A stretch of 64,000 bases of DNA. It comes from Candidatus Cloacimonadales bacterium (GTDB lineage Bacteria > Cloacimonadota > Cloacimonadia > Cloacimonadales > JAFGVF01). A model generated the notes under the pieces. That model had not been told where the DNA came from. It worked only from the letters and a program-made list of their open reading frames with translations, and searched no databases. Shown here in pieces: positions 19,796 through 28,988 of this stretch. The DNA is taken from the NCBI GenBank assembly GCA_963663475.2, contig CAXXJV010000001.1, forward strand, positions 1,344,001-1,408,000. The letters are read 5' to 3'. How positions within the stretch are numbered: the stretch's first letter is position 1; each line of letters begins with the position of its first letter. Position numbers and translations under genes: made by a program.

Positions 19796-19931
19796 GCCAG
19801 CAGCCGAAAAATTAGGTATATCGGTAAGAACTCTTAGAAGAAGAATTGCTAAGGGCTTATATCCTACAAAGTATGAAACTGTAGATACTGATAAAAACAT
19901 TACAACTAAACTTTACATATGGATAGATGAT

Positions 19932-20054
19932 GCGGAGTGCCAAGCGGAGTGCCAAACCGAAAAAGCGGAGTGCCAAGCAGAGTGCCAAACCGAAAAAGCG
20001 GAGTGCCAAGCAGAGTGCCAAACCGAAAAAGCGGAGTGCCAAGCGGAGTGCCAA
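19932..20054 (+). repeat. 33-bp coding tandem repeat (AECQAECQTEK x3.7)
   Basis: Direct inspection. Confidence 0.97.
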
Positions 20055-20772
20055 AATAATTTAGAGCAGAGTGACAAAAATAAATCCCCCCAAATCCAAC
20101 CCTTAACCCTTCCTCCAATTTTATCAGATTATGGTCCTGATTTTTTCATTAAGCGGACATCTGGTTCAATGCGGGACAAATTAATCGAGACATATTTAAA
20201 TTTAAGTCGAGATGAGAAGAGTCAAGTTTTGGGATATGTCAGGCAGTTCATGAGTGAGCGAACCTGGTATAGTTGGGTAAGTCGATATAGGAATAGGGGT
20301 CATTTAAAGAGAAAGGTAAGAGCAGATAGGGGTAAGAGTCGTAAAGAGCTTCCTACTTTTATGCAGGAGTTATTACAGGCAATTCTTATTTCTCATCCTC
20401 AATGGAATGTACAGAAGGCTTACGAGGATATGAAGCTATTGGCAGTCAATGGGGACTTAGTAGATTATTATACTGGTGAAGTATATGAAGATGTAAGTGA
20501 GTATTTGGTCCGTGAATGGATAAAGACTTCGATCGTTCGTGATAGATGGTATTTCAGGTGGTATCCTAAGAGCAGGCGAAATCTTTATACCAGTATGAGT
20601 CATGCTCGAGGAATAAACCCACCTAACACGGTATGGATGATAGATGATCATGACCAGGATGTATTAGTATGGAGTAAAGACAAGGATGGAAATGACAGGC
20701 AAATCAGGCCAAAGGTAATTTGTGTCGTTCCATAAAAGTGGACTAGAAAATTAAACAAACTAGGAGCTTGAA

Positions 20773-21195
20773 ATGGAAAGAAAAAAGAATATGACTCATA
20801 AGATTCAAAAGACCTATAGTGAAAGTTTTAAAATTAAAGTTGTTGACGAAATAGAGAAGGGAGATTTAACTCAAGCTGGAGCTTGTAGACTTTACAATAT
20901 TTCAGTTAGCAATGTGAGTAGATGGGTTGCCAATTATGGTATGAATGAACGAGTTGGAAAAAAGGTGGTAGTTATGACCGATAGAGAAATACGTGAATCT
21001 GACCTTTTAAGGAAAGAGAATAAGCAGTTAAAACGAGCATTAGAAGATAGTCAGTTCTCCAACGAAGTTCTAGAGAAATATATTCATTATATTGCAGAAC
21101 AAAATGGTATTGATTTAAAAAAAAAGATCGATTCAGGTTTATCAGAAGATACTCAGAAACTCTTGATTTCAAGGTTGCTAAAAGGTCAGGAATAA
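20773..21195 (+). CDS. IS3 transposase OrfA
   Basis: YSESFKIKVV...HTH and leucine-zipper-like segment; A9G slippery run at 21117-21126. Confidence 0.9.
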   Translation: MERKKNMTHKIQKTYSESFKIKVVDEIEKGDLTQAGACRLYNISVSNVSRWVANYGMNERVGKKVVVMTDREIRESDLLRKENKQLKRALEDSQFSNEVLEKYIHYIAEQNGIDLKKKIDSGLSEDTQKLLISRLLKGQE

Positions 21196-21200
21196 GCCAA

Positions 21201-21986
21201 ATGTGTAGTTTATTACAAGTATCTAAATCAGGTTACTATAAATATCTTCAAACTGTCTCCCAGAGTTCTACAAATGACTCCCTATGTCTCTCCAGAGTTA
21301 AACAATATAGAAAAATTCAGCCTTATGCAGGCACTTATAAATGTTGGAAAATGCTACATAATGATGGTTTTAAAATTGGGAGAAATCATCTTAACTGCCT
21401 GCTTAAAGAACATAATATGTTGATCAGGAAGAAGAAGAAATATTGCAAAACTTCAATATCAGATGGTAGTAAGGTATATCCTAATTTACTTAAAGATACC
21501 GAAGTAAAGAGGAAAAATCAAGTTTGGGTAACTGATATTACTTATATTTCTAAAGGCAAAGGGTTTTATTATTTGTTTTTGCTAAGTGATATGTATACTA
21601 GACAGATATTGGATTATGAAGTTTCTTCTAATATGTTGACTGATAATCATATAAGGATGTTAAAAAGACAGCTAAACCATGTTGATAATGCTAACGATCT
21701 TATTCATCATTCAGATCATGGTTCTCAATATACAAGTAATGAGACTATTAGCCTTCTGAAAAAGCATGGTATAAAGATTAGTATGACTGGTGATGGTAAA
21801 TGCTATGATAACCCTATTGCTGAAAGAATAAACTGCACAATGAAGCATGAATTTGGTTTAAATCGGACATTTAGCACTATAGAAAGTCTTAAAAAAGCTA
21901 CTAAAGATGCAGTAATGATCTATAACTCTCAGAGACTTCACAAAAGTTTGGGGTATTTTACTCCAAATGATTTTGCAAATCATTAA
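21201..21986 (+). CDS. IS3 transposase OrfB (integrase core), -1 frame relative to OrfA
   Basis: WVTDITY, HHSDHGSQY, DNPIAERIN; frame open back to the slippery site. Confidence 0.93.
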   Translation: MCSLLQVSKSGYYKYLQTVSQSSTNDSLCLSRVKQYRKIQPYAGTYKCWKMLHNDGFKIGRNHLNCLLKEHNMLIRKKKKYCKTSISDGSKVYPNLLKDTEVKRKNQVWVTDITYISKGKGFYYLFLLSDMYTRQILDYEVSSNMLTDNHIRMLKRQLNHVDNANDLIHHSDHGSQYTSNETISLLKKHGIKISMTGDGKCYDNPIAERINCTMKHEFGLNRTFSTIESLKKATKDAVMIYNSQRLHKSLGYFTPNDFANH

Positions 21987-23462
21987 AAGAGGTTACCAGA
22001 TGATGAACAGATACTTAGCTGAATGTATTTTCTTTTGGAAAATGCGACTAAATTACGAATGCAAAATGGAGTCGACAACAGAACTCAAAAGTATGAGTAA
22101 ATGTCTCATTTTTCAAAAGAGATACATGACTCAGGATACATAAAAAAGGTGTCCACTATATTGGTACTTGACAATTCGTTCCTTGGATCCAGAGACTAAT
22201 ATGATAATGGGCTGGTGCATGACAGATGACACATATGGTTCTATTGAGATAAAGACAGCTATCATAGATGGAATAATCAAGCATAGATGTATTCCTAAGC
22301 AGATATATTTAGAATGTGATAAAAGAATGCGGGAAAGCGGATTGATTGAAGGTTTAGAGAAGTTAGGAATAGAAGTAATAGGAACTCCTTACAATCCGAC
22401 AGCTAAGGTTAATGTAGAGCGAAGTTTTGGCAATGACAGGATGGAGCTTGATAGCAAGTATGATTCTTATATTAACCACAACACAGTTGAGCGTCCAGAT
22501 GATGCAGACAGAAGAGTTTTCACCAATTACGAGGAGTATTTCCAGGATTATGCAGATTATGTAGAGCATTGGAATACCCAGCGACCAAGTATCTTCAGGG
22601 GCAAGATAAAAATGACTCCTGTAGATATGTGGAATGCCTGGATAAAGAGAGGTTGGAAACCTGAAATGTTACCAATGAATGTAATTGACCATATTCCTTA
22701 CTGGTTTGGCAAGAAAGAAGTAAGGGTAGTTCAGGGTGGTAGAGTAAGATTTACTATAGATGGTGAGCAGTTCTACTATTTAGGAGAGTGCTTAATGCAA
22801 CTTCCTAATGGAACCCCTGTAGATATAAGAAGAAAGTTTAATGATCCTCGAGAGGGTTATGTATATATAGGTAATGAGAATTTAGGCAAGATATTCTTAC
22901 AAGAGAAAGTAGGTTATGGATTCTTAGAGTTCTCACAACCGGAAGCTGTGAAAATGGTACAAGGATTTAATCTCATGAGAACCAAGTTATTGAAGGTTAA
23001 TGATGAAGATTATCCATTTATCAAATCTTATCTTAATAGAATTGAGGAACTTAGCAAGTCACAAATCAAAGACGCAACTATGTTAATCCCCAATAAGATC
23101 ATTCGTTTCATCAACGAAAAGACAGGTTCAGCTTTAGAAGTATCTGAGAAGATGCGACAAGAAGAAGTATCAGTTCTTAAGGTTAAGAGTGGTTTAACTA
23201 GGAAGATGGATAGTAAGGTGAATGATTTGGATGATGAAATTAGTGCCTTATTGGGAGGAAGTGGAGAGTGATTTTGAATTGAGAATAAAGGGATATTTGA
23301 ACAGAGAATAGAGTGATTAAGAGTGAGAAATGTAGGGGCGAAACATCTTTCGCCCAATTAAGAAACCACCCCGTCTTGGAAATACCAAGACACCCCTCCA
23401 CAGAGGGGAATTAAGAATGCCGGCAAGATGCCAGCGTTCCCAGTAAAATAAGGAGTAAGAGA

Positions 23463-23735
23463 ATGGAATTAGAAGTAATATTAAAAGAATGGGAAGATGA
23501 AGTAAGTGATTTATACAAGTTACTTCAGCAGGATGAGGAAGAGAAGAAGAAGATCAATCTCAAAATGAAAGAGAGTGAACTAGGTCAACAACGATTGGAG
23601 TTAACCAGGAGAATTAAAAAGATAAAAGGCTTAATTGAGCAAAGACGCTTTGAGATATCCGGGTTAAAGAAAGCTGAACAAAGGCTTAAAGGCAAGGTAA
23701 AGGCAAAGAGGCGATTAACCATAGGAGAAAATTAA
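23463..23735 (+). CDS. Phage coiled-coil hypothetical protein
   Basis: AAGGAG RBS; heptad-rich. Confidence 0.7.
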   Translation: MELEVILKEWEDEVSDLYKLLQQDEEEKKKINLKMKESELGQQRLELTRRIKKIKGLIEQRRFEISGLKKAEQRLKGKVKAKRRLTIGEN

Positions 23736-23739
23736 GGCA

Positions 23740-23925
23740 ATGCTATGCAGGTACTGTAATGGGAAGTTAAAGGTAATTAAGACCGAGTGTAATGATAGTG
23801 GAGTAATGCGAATAAGACGCTGTAATGATTGCGGAATGGTAATCACTACCTTTGAGAAAAACAGTCAGGAGAAAAGAGCCAATGGAAAGAAAAGCAGCAA
23901 TAAGGCTGATTTGGCACAAAAGTAA
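23740..23925 (+). CDS. Zinc-ribbon protein (Ogr/Delta- or NrdR-N-like)
   Basis: CRYC...RIRRCNDCG..ITTFE. Confidence 0.7.
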   Translation: MLCRYCNGKLKVIKTECNDSGVMRIRRCNDCGMVITTFEKNSQEKRANGKKSSNKADLAQK

Positions 23926-24283
23926 AGACATGGGATGGACACCTGAAGAGCTTCATCAGCAGATAGGTAGTCTAAACATGGTTCGATTTGATAGGATAAG
24001 CTGTTGTTCAGGACGGGAGTTATCTCTAATCCTGAACCAGCTTTTTCAGGTTCAAGCATTTGTGGCAGACAGTAAATCGGTAAGATATTTGAAGTATCTG
24101 TGTAAAGATAATGATAATAAGGAGACCTTGAAAGGTATTCTTAAGCGTTGGAAAAAGCAAAGTGTATATCAAATGAATAACAAGCAATTAGCGTTTGCTA
24201 TATCGTTTTTAAAGGGAGATGAGACTGGAGTTAGGAGTGAGGAGTTGAAGAGGCTCACCACAGAGAACACAGAGAAGAATTGA
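23882..24283 (+). CDS. Mu gp16/GemA-like (DUF1018-like) protein
   Basis: AIRLIWHKSKDMGWTPEELHQ...SGRELSLILNQL pattern; C-terminus runs into repeats. Confidence 0.6.
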   Translation: MERKAAIRLIWHKSKDMGWTPEELHQQIGSLNMVRFDRISCCSGRELSLILNQLFQVQAFVADSKSVRYLKYLCKDNDNKETLKGILKRWKKQSVYQMNNKQLAFAISFLKGDETGVRSEELKRLTTENTEKN

Positions 24284-24357
24284 GAATTGAGAGTTGAGAG
24301 TTGAGAATTTCCTCACACGAAGACACGAAGACACGAAGAAAAAAAAGGAGTAAAATT

Positions 24358-24582
24358 ATGACTATATTTTTATTATTCACCACGATGGTATTAGCAATAA
24401 TGCTTACTTTATCATTTTTCGGTTCAACAGGCCGAATATCAGAATTAGAAGAGAAGAACTTTCTTTTAAAGAGTGAGAACTATCAATTAAAGCAGAAGTT
24501 TAACCAATCACAAGACAAGCTAAAGCTTATAAAAGTTCAAGCTAAGAAATTGAGAAATATTCAGAAGTATAGGGGGTGCTAA
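24358..24582 (+). CDS. Small membrane-anchored coiled-coil protein
   Basis: AAGGAG RBS; N-terminal hydrophobic helix. Confidence 0.65.
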   Translation: MTIFLLFTTMVLAIMLTLSFFGSTGRISELEEKNFLLKSENYQLKQKFNQSQDKLKLIKVQAKKLRNIQKYRGC

Positions 24583-24813
24583 ATGGCTGCTTTGCATAAG
24601 GCATTAGTACAGAATGACGGTATATACTGTAATGGCACCTGGTATTATCATAAGGATATCTTAGTGAAAATGGGCCAAGAGTGCCTGGTGGAGAAAACAG
24701 GATTAGGAGAAAGAGCTAATATTTATGATTTAGAAGGTGAGAGATGGGATGGCCAAGCCCAAGCCGTGGTAACGGTGAGTGTTAAGCCTTTGAAGAGAGG
24801 AGTTAGGAAATGA
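24583..24813 (+). CDS. Stand-alone Mu transposase C-terminal-like domain
   Basis: VQNDGIYCNGTWYY...MGQECLV...IYDLEG parallels VQGGRVRFTIDGEQFYY...NGTPVDI...YVYIG of the transposase. Confidence 0.55.
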   Translation: MAALHKALVQNDGIYCNGTWYYHKDILVKMGQECLVEKTGLGERANIYDLEGERWDGQAQAVVTVSVKPLKRGVRK

Positions 24814-25046
24814 AGTGCTTCACACGAAGGCACGAAGGCACGAAGAAGAAAAACCCCTTAACACAGAGTTTCACAGAGGTTAAGAGGAGTTTCACAGAGG
24901 TTTGAGAGTGGAAAGGATATGAAAAGCGTACTGGAATACGCATTTATACAATTTTAGATATTAACAAATAAGTCAAGAAGAAATTAAGAATTAAAGAGAA
25001 TGCGGGCAGGGATGCCCACGTTCCCAGTTAATTAAAGGAGAAAAAG

Positions 25047-25688
25047 ATGTTTAAGTTTTTAGAAGCACGAAAAGAGGGAAACAAGACTATCTTAAGCGTT
25101 CCCAGATGTTTATATGAAGATTTTAGAAATGAAATAATGTTATTAATACATGGTAGTTTACTTATCGTTAATGATCATAAGGATTTCCAAAAACAGGTAG
25201 AAAAACTGGAAAGTTTTTTGAGTGGTTCGGATCTACATATTTCTCGAGATACTCTTTCGGTATATCTTGCTTACAGTAATTGTACGGAAATATATTTGAC
25301 CACACACGGAGTAAAAAGGGGCTGTAAAATGAATGAAAAGGCCACAGCAGAAGCCATGAAAGATGTATTTCGTGCTTCTGATATTCTAGAAGTTCTTGAG
25401 CATTTTTCTGAAAGCTTTGATCAAAGTCTCTTACCCGGGTCAGAGGGTCAGAGAAAGTGTAATGAAAGCACCAGATTGTGTAAAGAACCAGCTGAGCAAA
25501 GCGAGAAGAGGAAGTCTTTGCTTGAATTTCTGCGACGTGATCTGGATGAAGCGATGAAAGCTTTAATACAAACCGGACAGTATGCTTATATTTGGCAAGA
25601 GAATCTAATAGAGCTGTTTCGCCCGACACTAAACATAATTGATAAAGATGTTCCACCTGCTTCTCAGATAGAAGTGAAGATAGTTTAG
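25047..25688 (+). CDS. Hypothetical protein (overlaps antisense ORF)
   Basis: AAGGAG RBS; 213 aa. Confidence 0.45.
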   Translation: MFKFLEARKEGNKTILSVPRCLYEDFRNEIMLLIHGSLLIVNDHKDFQKQVEKLESFLSGSDLHISRDTLSVYLAYSNCTEIYLTTHGVKRGCKMNEKATAEAMKDVFRASDILEVLEHFSESFDQSLLPGSEGQRKCNESTRLCKEPAEQSEKRKSLLEFLRRDLDEAMKALIQTGQYAYIWQENLIELFRPTLNIIDKDVPPASQIEVKIV

Positions 25689-25734
25689 TAATAGCTTCAG
25701 CAACCCGCATTAGGTTGAGTTCATGTTGTTTCAT
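25168..25734 (-). CDS. Hypothetical antisense (moron-like) protein
   Basis: AGGAGG RBS and upstream TTGACT on the minus strand; 188 aa. Confidence 0.55.
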   Translation of the reverse strand: MKQHELNLMRVAEAITKLSSLLSEKQVEHLYQLCLVSGETALLDSLAKYKHTVRFVLKLSSLHPDHVAEIQAKTSSSRFAQLVLYTIWCFHYTFSDPLTRVRDFDQSFQKNAQELLEYQKHEIHLSWLLLWPFHSFYSPFLLRVWSNIFPYNYCKQDIPKEYLEKYVDPNHSKNFPVFLPVFGNPYDH

Positions 25735-25807
25735 GGGTTCCTCCTAAAGGTAAATTTACAAATAAATACAAGTATTAACAAATAAGTCAAGGAAAAAGGA
25801 GAAAAAG

Positions 25808-26080
25808 ATGAAACCTAGAGTGATAATCCATTTAGAGTGTGATAGTGTATTAAGAGAACCTAAAGTAGTTAAAGCCTTGGAAGATTTAGGAATCGAAATA
25901 ACAGGGACAGCTTATAATCCAACAAGTAAAGTTGATGTGACGATACAGAAAGAATTAACCCTTGAAATGGCTCACAAGAAGATTGAGAGCATGTTCGAGG
26001 GGCTCCCACCCTCTAAAGTAGCCAATATACTAAGTTATATTGCTGATGAGCTAAGAGCTGATACGAGGTTTAAACTATGA
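25808..26080 (+). CDS. Small protein whose N-half copies part of the transposase catalytic core
   Basis: IHLECDSVLRE...LEDLGIEITGTAYNPTSKVDV vs IYLECDKRMRE...LEKLGIEVIGTPYNPTAKVNV. Confidence 0.75.
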   Translation: MKPRVIIHLECDSVLREPKVVKALEDLGIEITGTAYNPTSKVDVTIQKELTLEMAHKKIESMFEGLPPSKVANILSYIADELRADTRFKL

Positions 26081-26370
26081 AATACTATGAAATAATAGAC
26101 CCTAAAGTAAAAGAAATGACTATACAAGGCATATTAGGGTCTTGTAACAAGTTAAATTTTACCGAAGAGATGCTTGAAATAGTCAAGAATATATCAGTCA
26201 GCCTGGTTCCAAAAGATAAAGGTACTTTATTAATTACAGCCTGCTTTCCTTCCAGACGGGTATTAGTAAAATCAGATACTCTACCAGTTAAAAATGCTGA
26301 TGATCAAATTGAAATAAGCAAAGAAGAGTATGATGCTTTGGTGGAAGTAGATCACCTGGAGGAAGAGTGA
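26077..26370 (+). CDS. Phage hypothetical protein
   Basis: ATGA coupling with upstream ORF. Confidence 0.6.
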   Translation: MKYYEIIDPKVKEMTIQGILGSCNKLNFTEEMLEIVKNISVSLVPKDKGTLLITACFPSRRVLVKSDTLPVKNADDQIEISKEEYDALVEVDHLEEE

Positions 26371-26582
26371 AAGAACAAAGGAAATATGTATGGAAAATCA
26401 AGTATAAAGGTGGTAATGGAGACTATATAGAAGTAAGTGTTATTGCATCAGGTTTTGAAGCATTAGCAAAGTGGTTGTACCGGAGAATATGGGTAAACAA
26501 TGTAATAACCATTTCCTTAGATAAAGAAATATTGGAGCTTGTTGATGAAGACTCTGATATACTACAATTAGATAACAATTAA
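26367..26582 (+). CDS. Phage hypothetical protein
   Basis: GTGA coupling; GGAGG RBS. Confidence 0.6.
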   Translation: MKEQRKYVWKIKYKGGNGDYIEVSVIASGFEALAKWLYRRIWVNNVITISLDKEILELVDEDSDILQLDNN

Positions 26583-26628
26583 CCACCCCGCCTATACAGG
26601 CATCAAAGAGTTGTCAAAGGAGACAAGT

Positions 26629-27243
26629 ATGAATAACGAACAATTTATGGAGTTAAGTCCTGAAGAAAGATTTGAAGCAATCAGGAAGCTCTTAGGAAAG
26701 ATGGAACTTAGTATGGTAGAGACAGGTAATCTGCTCTCTGAGATTAAGAGAATGCGAACATACAAAATAAAGGGTTATAAGAGCTTTAGAGAGTTTACTG
26801 AAGCTGAGTATAACCTACCCGGTAGAGTGGCCAATTCTTTAACTAAGATGTATGACTTCTTTATTAGAGAGATGAACCTGGATGAAGATACTATCAATAA
26901 GGTTGGTTTTGATAAGTTGGAGTTAATCCACCCAATAGTAAAAGATACAAGTTATGAAGTTCAGGAGGAGTGGGTAAAAACAGCTGAAGACCTTACATAT
27001 CCTGAGTTAAATGAGAAAGTAAAAGAGATAAAGGTAAAAGCCCGGGAAGAAGCAAAGACCTTAAAAGATGTCTTAGTAGAACAATATTTTGAGAACATGC
27101 TGGGTTACTTTAACTGCTCTAAGAGAGAATTAAGTTATAAGTTAGCTCTCTATTTCCAGGATATGGACTTGCAGGAAGTTAATGAAGTGATCAGGAAGCA
27201 ACAGAGGAAGTTTGAGGAAGAGGTAGAAAAGTCTTCACACTAA
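26629..27243 (+). CDS. Phage protein (DUF3102-like helical/HTH)
   Basis: AAGGAG RBS; GNLLSEIK...GYKSFREFTEAE motif. Confidence 0.65.
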   Translation: MNNEQFMELSPEERFEAIRKLLGKMELSMVETGNLLSEIKRMRTYKIKGYKSFREFTEAEYNLPGRVANSLTKMYDFFIREMNLDEDTINKVGFDKLELIHPIVKDTSYEVQEEWVKTAEDLTYPELNEKVKEIKVKAREEAKTLKDVLVEQYFENMLGYFNCSKRELSYKLALYFQDMDLQEVNEVIRKQQRKFEEEVEKSSH

Positions 27244-27345
27244 TTAACACGAATTTAAGCAAATTAACACGAATTAAGAAATACCCTTAACACAGAGTTT
27301 CACAGAGGTTAAGAGGAGTTTCACAGAGTTTTAAGAGAGGAGAAT

Positions 27346-27456
27346 ATGAAAAAAGGAATCAAACACAATGAAATAAGCAAAATAGCTAAAGAACTAAGAG
27401 GTTCAAGAGCCGAAAGAAGAAGAGAAGCGAAAAAGATAATAAAGAGAGGTAAATAA
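27346..27456 (+). CDS. 36-aa basic peptide
   Basis: GAGGAG RBS; TAATG coupling to next gene; SRAERRR. Confidence 0.5.
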   Translation: MKKGIKHNEISKIAKELRGSRAERRREAKKIIKRGK

Positions 27457-28067
27457 TGGCAAAAGAGATTAAAGAAGGAAAGAGTGTATATTGGGTCGAT
27501 GGAGAAGGATATAAGGTTCCTGTAAAGTATATCAGTAAAGATGATCAGGCCCGTGATGAGTTAGTGTGTAAAGTTATAAGTGATGTTATTGCACTTCAGA
27601 AGCAGATAGCAGAGTTTAGAGTAGATGTCTTCAGAGTAGTGGATAATCATTTAAACAAGGTTGCCCATCAACATGGTGAAGACTGGCGAGGCAATGCCTG
27701 GATTTATGATTTTTCTAAGGAGAAAGCCATCGAGGTTAAGATCAATAAGAGATTAGCTTTTGATGAACGCCTCCAATTAGCCAAAACTAAGATAGATAAC
27801 TATATCAAAGGACTTGTGAAACAATCAGGTAAAGAGATAGTTATGCTTATTAATAAGGCCTTTAATGTCGATAAAAGAGGCAATGTAGATGTTCAGCAGA
27901 TTTTAGGATTGAGACAACTAAAAATCGAACATCCGGAATGGCAAGAAGCTATGGCCTTGATAGATGAAGCAACCCAGGTAGAATCTACCAAGAAATATCT
28001 TACCTTTAAGGTTAAGGATGATACTGGGGAATGGAATACTATCAGCTTGAACTTTTCAGCACTGTAA
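27456..28067 (+). CDS. DUF3164-like protein typical of Mu-like phages
   Basis: YWVDGEGYKVPV..I...D..RDELV; FDERLQLAK; W.EAM.LI; ISLNFSAL. Confidence 0.8.
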   Translation: MAKEIKEGKSVYWVDGEGYKVPVKYISKDDQARDELVCKVISDVIALQKQIAEFRVDVFRVVDNHLNKVAHQHGEDWRGNAWIYDFSKEKAIEVKINKRLAFDERLQLAKTKIDNYIKGLVKQSGKEIVMLINKAFNVDKRGNVDVQQILGLRQLKIEHPEWQEAMALIDEATQVESTKKYLTFKVKDDTGEWNTISLNFSAL

Positions 28068-28129
28068 GAGAAGACTTTTACACGAATTTAAACGAATTTA
28101 AACCAATTAACACGAATTAGGAGAAGATA

Positions 28130-28444
28130 ATGAATGATAAAATAAAAACTATTGATGATGAAATAGATGAAATGATAGAAAATGCAAAAAGTGCAAGCCC
28201 GGTTAATAAGGAGGACTTGCACTTGGTTTCTGATGAAGAGTTAAGTTCTCTTGAGATAAAGAACAGGAGAATCCGCAAAACTGTTGATGTAGCAACAGAT
28301 AGAATTCTTAAAACCCTTCATGCTTTGTTAGATGATGGACTTCATCACGAGGCGTCCAAGCTCATCTTTCACGTTGAAATACCCTTTGTAAAGAAAGGCG
28401 TTGGCAAGCCTATCCTTAGCTATAAGGTAGAGAATAACAGCTAA
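28130..28444 (+). CDS. Phage hypothetical protein
   Basis: AGGAG RBS; overlaps convergent ORF by 117 bp. Confidence 0.5.
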   Translation: MNDKIKTIDDEIDEMIENAKSASPVNKEDLHLVSDEELSSLEIKNRRIRKTVDVATDRILKTLHALLDDGLHHEASKLIFHVEIPFVKKGVGKPILSYKVENNS

Positions 28445-28699
28445 ATCAATATCCTGAGAGGCAATTTTACGAATCTTGTATGAACAGGCTTCTGGAGAAA
28501 AAACTTTAAAAATACTTGATAAGATTTCAGTTTGTTCAGATATAACCGATTGTTCAATAGATTCATACTTTTTGCCTCTCGCTTTTTTTATGACTTCTTC
28601 AGGAAATATATACTTTAGAAAAGCCTTAGCGAGTTTTTTCTGATTAGTTTCGTAGTAGTAGAAGTCAAAGTTACCTTTATAATGAAAGGTTTCGTGCAT
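28328..28699 (-). CDS. Antisense moron-like hypothetical protein
   Basis: AAGGAGG RBS and upstream TTGACA (~28757) on the minus strand. Confidence 0.6.
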   Translation of the reverse strand: MHETFHYKGNFDFYYYETNQKKLAKAFLKYIFPEEVIKKARGKKYESIEQSVISEQTEILSSIFKVFSPEACSYKIRKIASQDIDLAVILYLIAKDRLANAFLYKGYFNVKDELGRLVMKSII

Positions 28700-28775
28700 A
28701 ATAGCCTCCTTTGGAATTAATTATACCAATAATCGAAGGATAAGCTAATAATGTCAAGTTTTTCAAGGAGAGAAG

Positions 28776-28988
28776 ATGTCTATAATGCTTTGGAAATATT
28801 ATCTACTGGGCTTATTTATTGTTTTAGGATATGGAAGATTATCAAAAAGTGTAATATGTTATCATTTTTTAATAATGCTTATGTTTCCTATATTAGTGGT
28901 AATCCACTGCCTGAAGATAATAATTCTCTATATAAAAGCATATTGTCCAAAATATGAAATAAGATTTATCCCGGAGAAAAGAAAATGA
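28776..28988 (+). CDS. Small hydrophobic protein
   Basis: AAGGAG RBS; ATGA coupling to next gene. Confidence 0.4.
   Translation: MSIMLWKYYLLGLFIVLGYGRLSKSVICYHFLIMLMFPILVVIHCLKIIILYIKAYCPKYEIRFIPEKRK

Larger units (their letters stand above)
20721..22173 (+). mobile_element. IS3-family insertion sequence, 1453 bp, 3-bp TSD ATT
   Basis: TGT...ACA ends with imperfect 23-bp IRs sharing AGTGGAC; ATT at 20718-20720 and 22174-22176. Confidence 0.93.
19779..23271 (+). pseudogene. MuA-like DDE transposase (678 aa when reconstructed), interrupted by IS3
   Basis: N-terminal HTH, RADRGKSR, WMIDDH, VERSFG, C-terminal beta-barrel; removing the IS and one ATT restores PKVIRSLDPET in frame. Confidence 0.9.
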
